NCBI GenBank assembly: GCA_951406725.2
Contig: OX597818.1
Span: 133,052,001 to 133,116,000 of the forward strand
Direction: 5' to 3'
From: Octopus vulgaris
Lineage: Eukaryota
DNA length: 64,000 nucleotides
The notes beneath the pieces are model-generated. The model was given only the letters and a program-made list of their open reading frames with translations. It was not told where the DNA came from and ran no database searches. Within the stretch, counting starts at the first letter, position 1. Every line of letters starts with the position of its first letter. Positions 1 to 11,800 of this stretch are shown here, one piece after another. The position numbers were made by a program, and so were the translations under genes.

Positions 1-67
1 TGATTCATATATTCAGGAGAGCTACAAAATATAGAGTCAGTCTATTTTTGTATTCATTCATTTTCAG

Positions 68-110
68 TATACCTGAGAAAGTTGACTGCCATTTCTATCA
101 GTTGTCTTAT
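68..110 (+). CDS. Penultimate coding exon of an unidentified host gene (YLRKLTAISISCL-M)
   Basis: Acceptor TTTTCAG (61-67) and donor GTAAGT (111-116). One frame ends in phase 2 (AT) and joins the next exon in frame across an 83-bp intron. Confidence 0.7.
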
Positions 111-193
111 GTAAGTTAGAAAACCAAAGTGCTGAACTCTAGGTACATCTCTTGTTGTTTGCACAACCTGAAATAATGATTTTATACTAACAG

Positions 194-377
194 GTATACA
201 TGGATGCTAGATGATGCGGCCAAGGCAGGTCCTAATAAATGGCAAGAAAATCTTGGATTTTTTTATAGTACTGCTTTAGTACCAGAAGATACAAGAAGAA
301 TGAGATCTCCTATGATTCATAATAATTTTACTTCAGACCAAGTTGGAAGTTCACATCAAGTTAATGTTTTTATTTGA
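194..377 (+). CDS. Terminal coding exon of the same gene (YTWMLDDAAKAGPNKWQENLGFFYSTALVPEDTRRMRSPMIHNNFTSDQVGSSHQVNVFI*)
   Basis: TACTAACAG branch/acceptor (185-193), phase matches the upstream exon, 60 open codons of normal composition to TGA 375-377, and several AATAAA within the next 400 bp. Protein not recognised. Confidence 0.7.
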
Positions 378-1613
378 AGCATTAGAACTAAGAGAATAAT
401 TTCATGATGGGTCATACAAAAAAGAACCCCACAAAACTAAACAAAAATAAACAAACAGTTTGCTAGAAGCTTCAATAACAAGAATATCAGACTGCCTCAT
501 GAATCCTAAAGTTCATTGTAGTTGATGAGGGCAAATACCTTTAGCAAAGATATTAAACTAGAAAGCAACTTTGCTATATTTCATATTTATTCTATGTAAT
601 TCTGAAGACAATTAAGAGTTGTACATGTCATATAATATTGCAGAACTTATTTCTAATAATTAGAAAATAATAAATATTCAAAAATATTTCAAAAATATTT
701 CAAAATAAATCCTTGTACATGCAATATAAAATAAAATTTAAAATTGAAATGTCCTCCTTATATATAGAAATTACTTCAGTAGGAAAATGCTAGCAGCCTC
801 TTAGATATTAACTATATCTTTAGCTTGGTTTATAACAACATATACACAATATATATAAAATGGCAATCAGCACCATAATTATCTATTACAATGTTTAAAT
901 GGCAGTTGATAGCTATGAGCAGAATTTCCCCTTTTTTCTTAGTATATTTACTGTTCACTTATCTTCACCCAATTCAAACTCATTATTGCTCTAACAGAAA
1001 ATCTTATAAGATTTTATTAAAACATTCTGCCAAGAAAACTGCAAACAATTATCACACAAAGCAGCCTAAAGTGGTCATTTACAATAACAGGAAATGAACT
1101 TTATGATGGATACTAAAAAAATAAACAAAAAGAAGACCTCAATATAATCTTTCTTTCAGCAATTGTGTCTTTTATTTATTTTTCAGTGTTAAAAAATATA
1201 TATATATTTGAACAATGCTAGCAAACTATAATTAAAAAAACTTTCATTACCAATAGCTAGGAAGGAAGAGAGTTTAGACGTATATATATACATAGACCAA
1301 ATCAATAAAACAGTTGAGAGATTTTGTTTTGAAGAAAAATTATTGAAACAGCATAGACTTTTAAAGATATTGCATATAGATATATTCAAATTAATTAATT
1401 TTGGAAAATGTCCAAATATTATCTGGACTTTTTCTAAGACATTTACTTAATCCTCTCTTCAGACTTAATGTAACCTCTACAATTTGAAGTTAACAAATGT
1501 ATTAGTCCAGACAAGATTCCAGTTATAATTATTTGGCTTTATTATAACATTTGCATGTCAAGTTTATAAATTTTCTGTATTTCTTTAATTATGAAAAACC
1601 AAACATGTCAACA

Positions 1614-2026
1614 GGCGCAGGAGTGGCTGTGTGGTAAGTAGCTTGCTAACCATCCACATGGTCCCCGGTTCAATCCCAATGCATGACATCTTGGGCAAGT
1701 GTCTTCTGCTATAGCCCCGGGCCGACCAATGCCTTGTGAGTGAATTTGGTAAATGGAAACTGAAAGAAGCCTGTTGTATATATGTATATATGTATATATA
1801 TGTATGTGTGCTTGTGTTTGTGTGTCTGTGTTTGTCCCCCTAGCATTGCTTGACAACCGATGCTGGTGTGTTTATGTCCCCGTCACTTAGCGGTTCGGCA
1901 AAAGAGACCGATAGAATAAGTATTGGGCTTACAAGTCCCGGGGTTGATTTGCTTAACTAAAGGTGGTGCTCCAGCATGGCCACAGTCAAATGACTGAAAC
2001 AAGTAAAAGAGTAAAAGAGTAAGAGT
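1614..2026 (+). mobile_element. tRNA-derived SINE family A, full length
   Basis: Pol III A box (TGGCTGTGTGG) and B box (GGTTCAATCCC), CTTGGGCAAGT motif, central TA/TG microsatellite, (GTAAAAGA)n tail, TSD ATGTCAAC at 1605-1612 and 2027-2034. Confidence 0.9.
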
Positions 2027-4744
2027 ATGTCAACGCCATTTCATTTAGTATTTGAGCACTACCTACACAACTATCATAACAGCATTTGATAAAACAGTTT
2101 TTGATTTAAAATTGAATATAACCTTTTTATAAATTTTTTAAAATGTTCTGTTCTGTATCATATCTTAATGGATAAATAAAATGTAATTATAAGAAAAGAG
2201 GACAGTTAGTTAGGGCTTAGTACCTGAGTAACAGTAGTACTACTTTAGTAGAGCAATATGGGATTATGAATAAAATACATAAAATAATTGGGTGAGGAAG
2301 AAGAAGAAAAGTGATACTGATAATGAAAAGGAAAATATAAAAGGGATAAAACGAATAAAATTCTTATGAATTATCTGAAAAATATATTACATTAATAAAG
2401 GTCAGAAAAAGACAGAAGTGAGAATGCAATACAGCTGTGATAAGATGGAATGAGAGGGGAGGGATAATAAAAAGGTGGGGAAAATATAAATATTAAAGAA
2501 GCTAGAAAAGTACAAGGCACTTCCTTTTTAATCTCTATTGATTTCTTTCACACTAGAAAAATTATCATTTACTTTTATATTTCTAAGTCATTTTCAATTT
2601 TCATTTATTTCTTCCAATCTTATTTTCTTAACCTTAGACAATTTTTACATTTTCTATAGAGACATATAGTGTACAATTTAAATAAGGCTAATTCTTACAG
2701 CTGGCAATGTTGTTATAGATACCAAATAGCTCTGATCTCCATCTACTTTCATCTGACATGCTTGGAAGATAAGCTATTTGATACTAAGCAGAAAATTTTA
2801 CATGCAAGCACACTCCAGGTTTACATAGGCTGCATTCAAGAGGACTGAAAGAGTACATTGTCTTTGGTGCAGAACAATACTGTTGGGAATAGCTTTTGAT
2901 TGATTCTTACATGAAATGGTACAGTGCAGGAAATGATGCTCAGAACGAAACTTTAACAAACTCATTTATATAAACTTTGACTCTGTGCTGAAAAACCCGA
3001 AGTGAAGTTGACTAATCTAGATAGAATGGTTCAGGACAAAGAGTACATTTTTAAATCTAGGAATTTTAAATTTAATGACATTCAAATAGCTGAGAAAAGA
3101 AAAAGAAAAAAGGAGATAGAGTAAAAAATAATATGAGATGGATGGAAGGAGGGAGAGAGAGAGAGAGAAAGGATAGTTGTAGTAATATTGAAGAAATGGG
3201 TAGTGAGTAACAAGATATTGATGTTAATGATGGTGGTACTACTGACATATCTTGAAAAGGACTAGACTAAGCACTACAATACATTAACAATTGGAGGCAT
3301 CTGTGCACGCTAGCTCCCCAAGATGTATCAAGCCAGGCAGAGTTGTTTTCTTCATTCATTTCTCTTCATATCCTTGCAGGTGGCTACAGTTGATTTCTAT
3401 TGCCTTTCTTCCTTTATTTCTTCTTTATATCCACGTACTATCTCCTACCACCCAATAATACAGAAAAAAAAAAGCATCACTGTCCTTCTCTCCTCCTTGT
3501 CATATTTTCTCTTTACAGCCTTTGATTTTCCATGTATAAAATATATATAATTTTTTTATATTTCCCTCCCTCTCCCTCTTCCTCTCCCTCACTCTCTCTC
3601 TCAGTTCATCTCTCTTTCTAGTTCCCATCCCTGCTGCTGCTGCTTTCTTTCAATTTCCTTTTACTCCTGGTCTGTTTTCTCTTTCTCCTGCATCTTCTCT
3701 TATCCTTTTATTTATATTTCTTCTCATCCCTTTCTCTCTTTTAACCCCCACTACTGTCCTACACACCAGCTTCTCTTTCCCTCTCACTCTCATTTGGTTT
3801 CTCATTTTCACTCCTCTCCTTTTCTTGTCATTTTCATCTCCCTTTTATTATAGCATTTATTACTAAACTATAACCAAAGACCATATTTTATAATACACTA
3901 TTATATTAGGGAAATAGTACATAGTACATGTTATGTAGATTATGATGTTTGTTTTGGGACTATGTTATCAGGAAAATTTAAATCTAAATTTCAGTAGGAA
4001 TGAATATGGAGAAAATTTTTTATCAAGCTAAAGCCTAAAATACGATAAAATTAAAATATTGAATACTCAAGTTCAATGTATTTATAGCACTTTATTTAAT
4101 GTATTGAAATGGAAATATTATATGAAAACATACTATGGTTTATCTTAAAAGATGACCATAAAATAAGAAAATTTATAATTACAAATACTTATTCATTAAT
4201 AGGAAGCAGACTTTAATAATTTAATATTTAAACTATAAAAAAGTGCATCATATTGATTACATCTAAGACAAAGATATAGTTATATTGCAAAAAGATAATA
4301 TAATATAAATATCTTGGATATAATAATTTTCTTTTCTTTTTAAAGCAGATTATCCTATGTTGTTTATCAGAATTTCAATTCACTAATCTTTGTAAATTAA
4401 AAGAAAACTAGTCTAATTATACTTCTGAACAATATTCTTATGCAGCTTTACATAGTCTTTGAAGAATATTTTATGAAGTTTTATTAAAAATAATTAATCC
4501 CAAATGAAAGTTACTTTGAATTCAATCTAAAATTGTATGAAATAATCCCTTTTTCAAAATCTTTCTTTTGCTATCCATAAAGTGGTTATGTCTGAGGAGC
4601 AATGATCGCTTTAAACTATCATTAATACTCTACCCATAAAAATTATCTATTAATTCTCAAACTTAGCTAGGATGTATCAACATGACTGAAGAAAACTACC
4701 TCTGAAGATATACACATATTTCATAAAGTTATGGCAATGCCTCT

Positions 4745-4975
4745 TCATCATCATCTTCATCATCATCATTTAACGTCTATTTCCCATACTGGAATGGGTT
4801 GGATTGTTCAATAGGAGCTGAGAAGCCAGAGAGTGATACAAGGAGCCAGTTGTCTTTTTTGGCATGGTTTCTACACCTGGCTGCCCTTCCTAGCACCAAC
4901 CACTTTACAGAGTGTACTAGGTGCTTTTTACATGGTGCCAGGACAGTTTTTTTTATGTAGCACCTGCAGGGCTGA
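4745..4975 (-). mobile_element. Family C retroelement 3' tail, degenerate
   Basis: (CAT)n followed by TTTAACGTC...GCCCTTCCTA...CACTTTACAGAGTGTA, homologous to 37383-37940 and 59063-59432. Confidence 0.75.
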
Positions 4976-5319
4976 CAAGTAGCATGCACAACAAAAAAAA
5001 ATCTCTCAGCTGAGAGAGGGAACCAAATGACCATGAACCAGGTGAGAGGTTACAGTTAATATTTTTTTAAGATTTGCAGAAATGAAGTTATTCAAGTAAT
5101 TAGTAGACTAAACTCCTTATCATAATGTTTGAAATTTAAAAGCAATGAGATAGCTAACGGTATCATTTAACTGGAAAGTTTGAGGAAAATATACAAAATA
5201 TATCATATGAACAGATAATCTAGTTTTTTATCTAAATGACAAAGGTAACAGACATGTTTCAGTGTTATTAGATCTCCTCAGAGAAGTATATTTTACATAC
5301 TTTGGCAAGACTAAGAATG

Positions 5320-5520
<201 letters not shown>

Positions 5521-6964
5521 GACAGAGGAATAGATGGGATTTAGTGATGCCAGTTATTAATTACAATATGACTAAGGAAATCAACTCAGCAGAGTATTCT
5601 GCATACTAAATGAAAATACTTTTATTAATCCTATCAAATAAAATTCATAGAATCTCTTTCTATTTTCCTCTCCTTCTAACTCTTTCTGGTAAATATTTTT
5701 CTTGTATAAACTAAATATCAAGTAAAATGAGAATTTTTTTCCGAGTCGGTTTAAACAAGAAAATTTAATATAATTTTATTATAATTTAAAAGTAATTCCA
5801 ACTAAGTAATACATATTCTTACAAACTTCAACCCAAACACCATAACACTACAGCAGAGCTTAGAATGTTAGTAACTCAGCTGTGTGGAATTTAGAGAATT
5901 TTAAAGAGGAGAAAATATTTCAAATTCAAAAAGTTCGGAAAACAAACAAAAAGCAACCTGTCTCATATGCTAAATGCAAAGGTAAACAAGTCATTGGATA
6001 GTGGAAGATCTGGGGGCAAGAATAACATAATGAAAAGCAGTTTGCAACATTCTAGCTTATTTACATAACGATTTCTCTTGAGAGTGAAATCTTAATGAAA
6101 TATTTAACAGTAGTAATAGAGATACTGGTGGCTGTTGTAATTACAGTAATAGTGGCAGCAGTAGTATGAGCAATAGTAGTGAGTGACATGGTAGTAATTA
6201 GTGGAGGTGTGGTAGGAGTGAGAATGATTGCAATGGTAGTAGGAGCAGTGTCTGTTATAGTGAGAACAGCAGTGGCTGGGATGGTATTTGGTAATGACAA
6301 TGATGCTGCTGTAGTTATAGGACCTAGAACAGTAAAAGAAAGGGTGAACATGTTTAGAGAGACTATATAACATTTAGTAAACACTGTTCTTAGCTGCATG
6401 GCGAAAGCAAACTACTAAAAGTCAAATATTTTCTGTTATGAAGTTGTAGAATATTGAAGAAACAGATATAATCAGGTGTGTTGGCAGTGAATTTATTTGC
6501 TGAAGATAGATTTATATTCAAGATATTATGTCAATTTATTGTTTCACTGATTAAATCTCAAACTAGCTAATTAATGAATTATAACATTGATGAGTTCCTA
6601 AATCTTTAATTATTATTTTTTTTATCCAATTTTAGCTCTTCATTTTGCATTTATTATCAACACAACAACATCTTTCTCATAATGAAGCATTTTCTATATT
6701 TTCCAATTAAACTGAGTTTAGGCTGCCAAAGGTAGAAAAATATACTCATACCATTTAATTTCAGCTTGTTTCTCTTTTAATCAATACTGTTTTGTAAAAT
6801 AACTAATAAATGAAGACAATTTGCATTAATTTATTTGTCTATTTGCTTAGGAATATTTTTGAAAAATTTAAAAGAGAATATATAATTAATGAAAGTTACT
6901 TATGCTAGGAAATTGATACGATATTAATTCTTTTTTCTGATTTTATTCTTTCTGTTTTCTTTAG

Positions 6965-7006
6965 GACATTTTAAGAATGGATTGATTCTGTATAAAACAG
7001 AGCTTT
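6965..7006 (+). CDS. Candidate 42-bp phase 1-1 exon (GHFKNGLILYKTEL)
   Basis: Pyrimidine tract of about 35 nt ending in TAG, donor GTAAGA, only one open frame, length divisible by 3. No partner exons identified. Confidence 0.3.
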
Positions 7007-7945
7007 GTAAGATATTTTACATAATAAAATTCTTTATATAAAAGAAATGAAGATTATAGGGATTAAAATGCCAACAGGATTAAAATGATGTGAATTCCAA
7101 TGACACTAATTAGACCAAATATCAGCGAAATGTACATGATATTTAATCTTAGAAAATTAATAACTTTTCTAGACTAACATTTATGTGTTAAATAATAAAG
7201 CTACTAATTCTTATTTTTGACTTATGTAAAGGTTTACTAATTCTTTATACTATTTCTTAATGAAGTCTGCATTTTAACACTAAGAATGTATAAAATTATT
7301 AAAATTTTCGATTTGATATTAATAATTATTCCTTAATAAAACAACATGGGAAAAAATCACTAGTAATGAAATAGACAGATTCTTAGAGGATTGAAGTTGA
7401 AAGCTACATTCACCAAATACTATCAATATTGCAAAATATATGAAGATGGCATTAAAAAAATAGAACTTTTCAATTTGAATAAGAATACATTTTAAAAATT
7501 CTGTATTCTTTAAATGATATTTTCCTAATACATAATTAATTTTAGTTTAACTGCAGTATATCAAATTAACATGAAAACAAATTATAGCCTTACTTGAATG
7601 TTTCTTTTTGTAAAAATTTTCAGAACTGATAAGAAATTACATATTTAAGAATGTTTGCTAAAATTAGTTCTCATTCATATAAATACAAGTTCATTTTGTA
7701 CAGGTTACACAAGGTAGGACATTTCTTGCTTAACTCTTAAAACCAACAAGTATGTAAATTCTTTCTTGATTAGGCAGGGAGCTAAATCAATTTTATTTCA
7801 TTAATTAAAGCCAAGGTAGAGTCAACTAAATTGACACATATGTTTCTAACATGTTATGGAGTTGTTATGAAGGGTAGAGTTGAGTTGATATAACTGTTGT
7901 GAAGTAGACGTTACAACAGCTAGGTAATGAATTAGATATTATAAT

Positions 7946-8505
7946 CTTTTATCTTTCACTTGTTTCAGTCATTAGACTGTGGCCACACTGGGACAGTACC
8001 TTGAAGAATTTAGTCAAATAAATCTACCCCAGTACATATTTTCTTTTCAAAGTTTGGTATTTATTTTATGGGTTTCTTTGCCAAAATCACTAAGTTACAG
8101 AGATGTAAACAAACCCACACCAGTTGTCAAACAGTGGTGGGAGACAAAAACACAGACACATATGTATACCTATTTCTTTATTACCCACAAGGGGCTAAAC
8201 ACAGAGGGGACAAACAAGGACAGACATAGGTATTAAGTCGATTACATCAATTCCAGTGCGTAACTGATACTTAATTTATCGACCCTGAAAGGATGAAAGG
8301 CAAAGTCAACCTCGGCGGAATTTGAACTCAGAATGTAAGTTCAAATTCCGCCAAGGTTGACTTTCATATGTATACCACAGGCTTCTACACCATTTCCATC
8401 TACCAAATTCATTCACAAACCATTGGTCAGCCTAAGGTTATAGCAGGGGACTGAAACCATGTGGCTGCAATGTAAACTACTTAACCATACGACCATGCAG
8501 GCATA
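7946..8505 (-). mobile_element. Degenerate SINE A interrupted by SINE B (8171-8364)
   Basis: Reverse-complement match to family A. The insert is flanked by the 12-bp TSD CATATGTATACC. Confidence 0.85.
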
Positions 8506-8636
8506 CAATCTGAAGTTTTACTTTTTCAGTTATTTCTTGAGACAAAAAAATTATTAAGTTTTATTTTCTCCATTTCACTATTAGGTTAAACTTAAAGTCT
8601 ACCACAATCAGCTATTTATATACTTTTGAAATTTAT

Positions 8637-9043
8637 AGTGGCTGTGTGGTAAGTAGCTTGCTAACCAACCACATGGTTCCGGGTTCAGTCCCACTGCATG
8701 GCACCTTGGGCAAGTGTCTTCTACTATAGCCTCGGGCCGACCAATGCCTTGTGAGTGGATTTGGTAGACGGAAACTGAAAGAAGCCTGTCGTATATATAT
8801 GTATATATATATATGTATGTGTGTGTGTGTTTGTGTGTCTGTGTTTGTCTCCCTAGCATTGCTTGACAACCGATGCTGGTGTGTTTACGTCCCCGTCACT
8901 TAGCGGTTCAGCAAAAGAGACCGATAGAATAAGTACTGGGCTTACAAAGAATAAGTCCCAGGGTCGATTTCCTCGACTAAAGGTGGTGCTCCAGCATGTC
9001 CGCAGTCAAACGACTGAAACAAGTAAAAGAGTAAAAGAGTAAA
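8637..9043 (+). mobile_element. SINE family A
   Basis: Near-identical to 1614-2026. Confidence 0.9.
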
Positions 9044-9331
9044 GGTGGTGTGGCTCCTCCATGCTACAATTTCTTTTGTTTTAATGTATTGTCTCAAATC
9101 AAGTCACTTGCTTGAAAAGTGACTTGAGGTGTGAGCCAAAATTTCAACATACTTATATTACTTGATTATGATAGCAGAATCTTCAAACCATGTTTACTAT
9201 TATAAATATGTTTCTTGGTGAATAAAAATGTTAAAAAACTAAATGAGCATTATTTTCTATTTTTATTCAGCACCATTACAGAAAATATATACTTATATTT
9301 TTTACTTGCTTCAGTCATTGGCCTGTGGCTA

Positions 9332-9625
9332 TAATAATAATAATAATAATTGTGTACAGTGCTCAGGTGCACTACAACTCATCTAAAGTGTATATATAAT
9401 CAGGTGTAGTTTCGGCGGATTTCGGAAAGCATGAGGGCCTTAAAGGATGCAGTGTCATGGCAGTCAACAACTGACGCAGGCAGTTTATTCCATGCTTCAG
9501 CAACTCTGAGCATGAAAAAATGTTTCCGAAAGTCATGGGAGCTGTGTTGTTTTCTGACTTTGTAGGCATGTCCACGTGTGTTAGACACATGGAGATCAAA
9601 AAGGTGTTCAGTGTTGTTGTTGGTG
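9332..9625 (-). mobile_element. CR1-like LINE 3' end
   Basis: Minus-strand translation NTRGHAYKVRKQHSSHDFRKHFFMLRVAEAWNKLPASVV carries the TRGH...FF.RV..WN.LP motif of CR1 ORF2 C-termini. (ATT)n tail at 9332-9350. Confidence 0.85.
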
Positions 9626-10041
9626 AGGTGGTTGTTAACTTTGTGGGGTACATTGAAAGGTTTAGTTGACTGAATCCCAACTTATATTTTAACTCTGCTA
9701 CTTACTCAGTAAGTCACCTTCTACTGAACTACTAGCTTATAATAATTAAATCCTACCTGTAGCTGATCAATAAGATATATTATGTTTGCTGGTCCTTTCT
9801 TACACGTTGGAAAATTGCAGAAGTTTTGAGGTATAATGTAGGTAAAGAAAATATTCAAATTACCATATTTTAGAATTAAAATTATTTGTGTGCAAAGAAA
9901 TATTTCAGGCAATCTTTTATGATAGTAGTTTTGGAGGAAAAAAAATGTTATTCAAGTTGTGTAAATTTTCATTTTTTTTAATGTTAATTTATCGTAACAC
10001 TGAATTTTTTTGAAAAGGCATATAGGTATAATTATAGTTAA

Positions 10042-10299
10042 GGGCTACTGTAAATGACCATTGCCAATGCTAGAAATAGATGTCAAATACCTACAATCCA
10101 GTCTACAATTTGTTCTCTATATTCAACCACAGGTACAAACGAAAGAGAATGAGCAAAAAAATACAAAAGATATTGGATAATTCTAATTGTATTTTCTTGC
10201 CCATTCCCTCACGTTCGTACCTGTGGTTGAATATAGAGACTGGATTCTAGGTATTTTACACCTCATTCTAGCATTGGTGATGGTCATTTACAGTAGCCC
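10042..10299. mobile_element. Fold-back MITE flanked by TTAA (Kolobok-like GG termini)
   Basis: TTAA|GGGCTACTGTAAATGACCA ... TGGTCATTTACAGTAGCCC|TTAA. Imperfect inverted arms span almost the whole element. Confidence 0.85.
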
Positions 10300-10356
10300 T
10301 TAACAATAATCACACTGCTATAATAATATATGTAAAAAAATTAATGCTATTAAAAT

Positions 10357-10752
10357 AGGTGCAGGAGTGGCTGTGTGGTAAGTTCCAGGTTCAGTCCCAC
10401 TGTGTGGCACCTTGGGCAAGTGCCTTCTACTATAACCTCGGGCTGACCAAAGCCTTGTGAGTGGATTTGGTAGATGGAAACTGAAAGAAGCCTGTCATAT
10501 ATAATATGTATGTATATATATATATATATATATATGTGTATGTATGTGTGTGTATATGTTTGTGTGTCTGTGTTTGTCCCCCCAATATCACTTGATGCTG
10601 GTGTGTTTACGTCCCTGTAACTTAGCAGTTTGACATAAGGGACTGATAGAATAAGTACTAGGCTTACAAAAAATAAGTCCTGGGGTCGATTTGCTCTACT
10701 AAAATGCAGTGCTCCACTATGGCTGCAGTCAAATGACTGAAACAAGTAAAAG
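10357..10752 (+). mobile_element. SINE family A
   Basis: Matches family A with small internal deletions. Confidence 0.9.
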
Positions 10753-10841
10753 AAATACCTATACAGTCATTTTTAAGTGCTAGGCCACTGATATAATCAT
10801 TTTATGTGTGTATATATACATATATATATACATATATATAT

Positions 10842-11041
10842 AGTTAATCCAAACAAGAAAGCACAAAAAAACACAACGCGAGGACATGGAACAAATATAG
10901 TATTATTGGACGCTCAGAAAAGAAGGAAAGAAGGAGGGTTTAACGTTTCGAGCAGAGCTCTTCGGCGGAAACATAGGAGAAGGAAAGATCCAGAGAAGGG
11001 AAGACAGAGGAAAAAAATCGCCAACGGTACACACGCGGTCA
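10842..11041 (-). mobile_element. Short (TA)n-embedded element with a degenerate hammerhead motif (PLE pseudo-LTR-like)
   Basis: Homologous to 34205-34418. Minus strand 10938-10972 reads GTTT-CCGCCGA-A-GAGC-TCT-GCTC-GAAA-CG-TT-AAAC. Confidence 0.6.
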
Positions 11042-11133
11042 TATACATTCTCAAACTGACAGATATCAGGCATCTTCAAAAGAAAATTAAAAACGTTAGT
11101 GAAAATTTTTTGTCCAAACCACTCTTAAATAAT

Positions 11134-11800
11134 TTTTTCTGTTATAGATATGAGGAGTGAAAATTTTGTTGGAGTTGGCTAGCTGATTACATTCAGCTCA
11201 GTTCTTGGCTGGTACTGATTTTGCTGACTCTGAAAGGATGAAAGGCAAAGTCGTCCTTGGCAGGATTTAAACTCAGAATGTAAAGCCAGGTGAAATGCTG
11301 CTAAGTATTTTTCTGGCATGATAACAATTCTGTTCCACTAGCTAGCTGCCTTTAATAATAATTCTTTCTAATATTGGCACAAGGCCAGCAATTTTGAATA
11401 AACACCAAGCCAATTACACTGACCCCAGTGCTCAAATGATACTAGAAAGGATTAATGGATAAATCAGCCTCAGTGGAATTTGAGCTCAGAAAGTCAAGAA
11501 CCAGACGAAATGTCACTAAGCATTTTCTCTGGTGCCCTAATGACTCTACCAGTGCACCTCCTTTCCACTCTTAAATAATCCTTTCTACTAAAGGCACAAG
11601 GCCTGGAATTTTTTTTTGGTGGGGGGGGACTAGTCGATTATATTGACCCCAGTATGTAACTGGTACTTATTTTATTGACCCTGAAATGATGAACAGCATA
11701 GTCAATCTCAGTGGAATTTGAACTCCAGAACATAAAGACGGATGAAATGCCACTAAGCATTTTGCCTGGCATGCTAACGATTCTCCCAACTCACCACCTT
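11134..11800 (-). mobile_element. Three head-to-tail copies of a SINE B variant (B')
   Basis: Each copy has GATGAAAGGCAAAGTC/GGAATTTGAACTCAG-like motifs and an AGGCACAAGGCC-type tail. Confidence 0.8.

Noticed and set aside
1608-1856. Recurrent ORFs with DTCPRCHAVGL or RHLPKMPRSG motifs
   Set aside because: Antisense translations of SINE A, not a protein family.
3090-3850. Purine-rich then pyrimidine-rich tracts suggesting a hairpin or triplex
   Set aside because: Low-complexity strand bias only; no specific complementary or mirror repeat was found.
6061-6399. 112-aa Thr-rich ORF
   Set aside because: Decayed GTA/GCA/GTG trinucleotide tract that is open in several frames, with no splice support.
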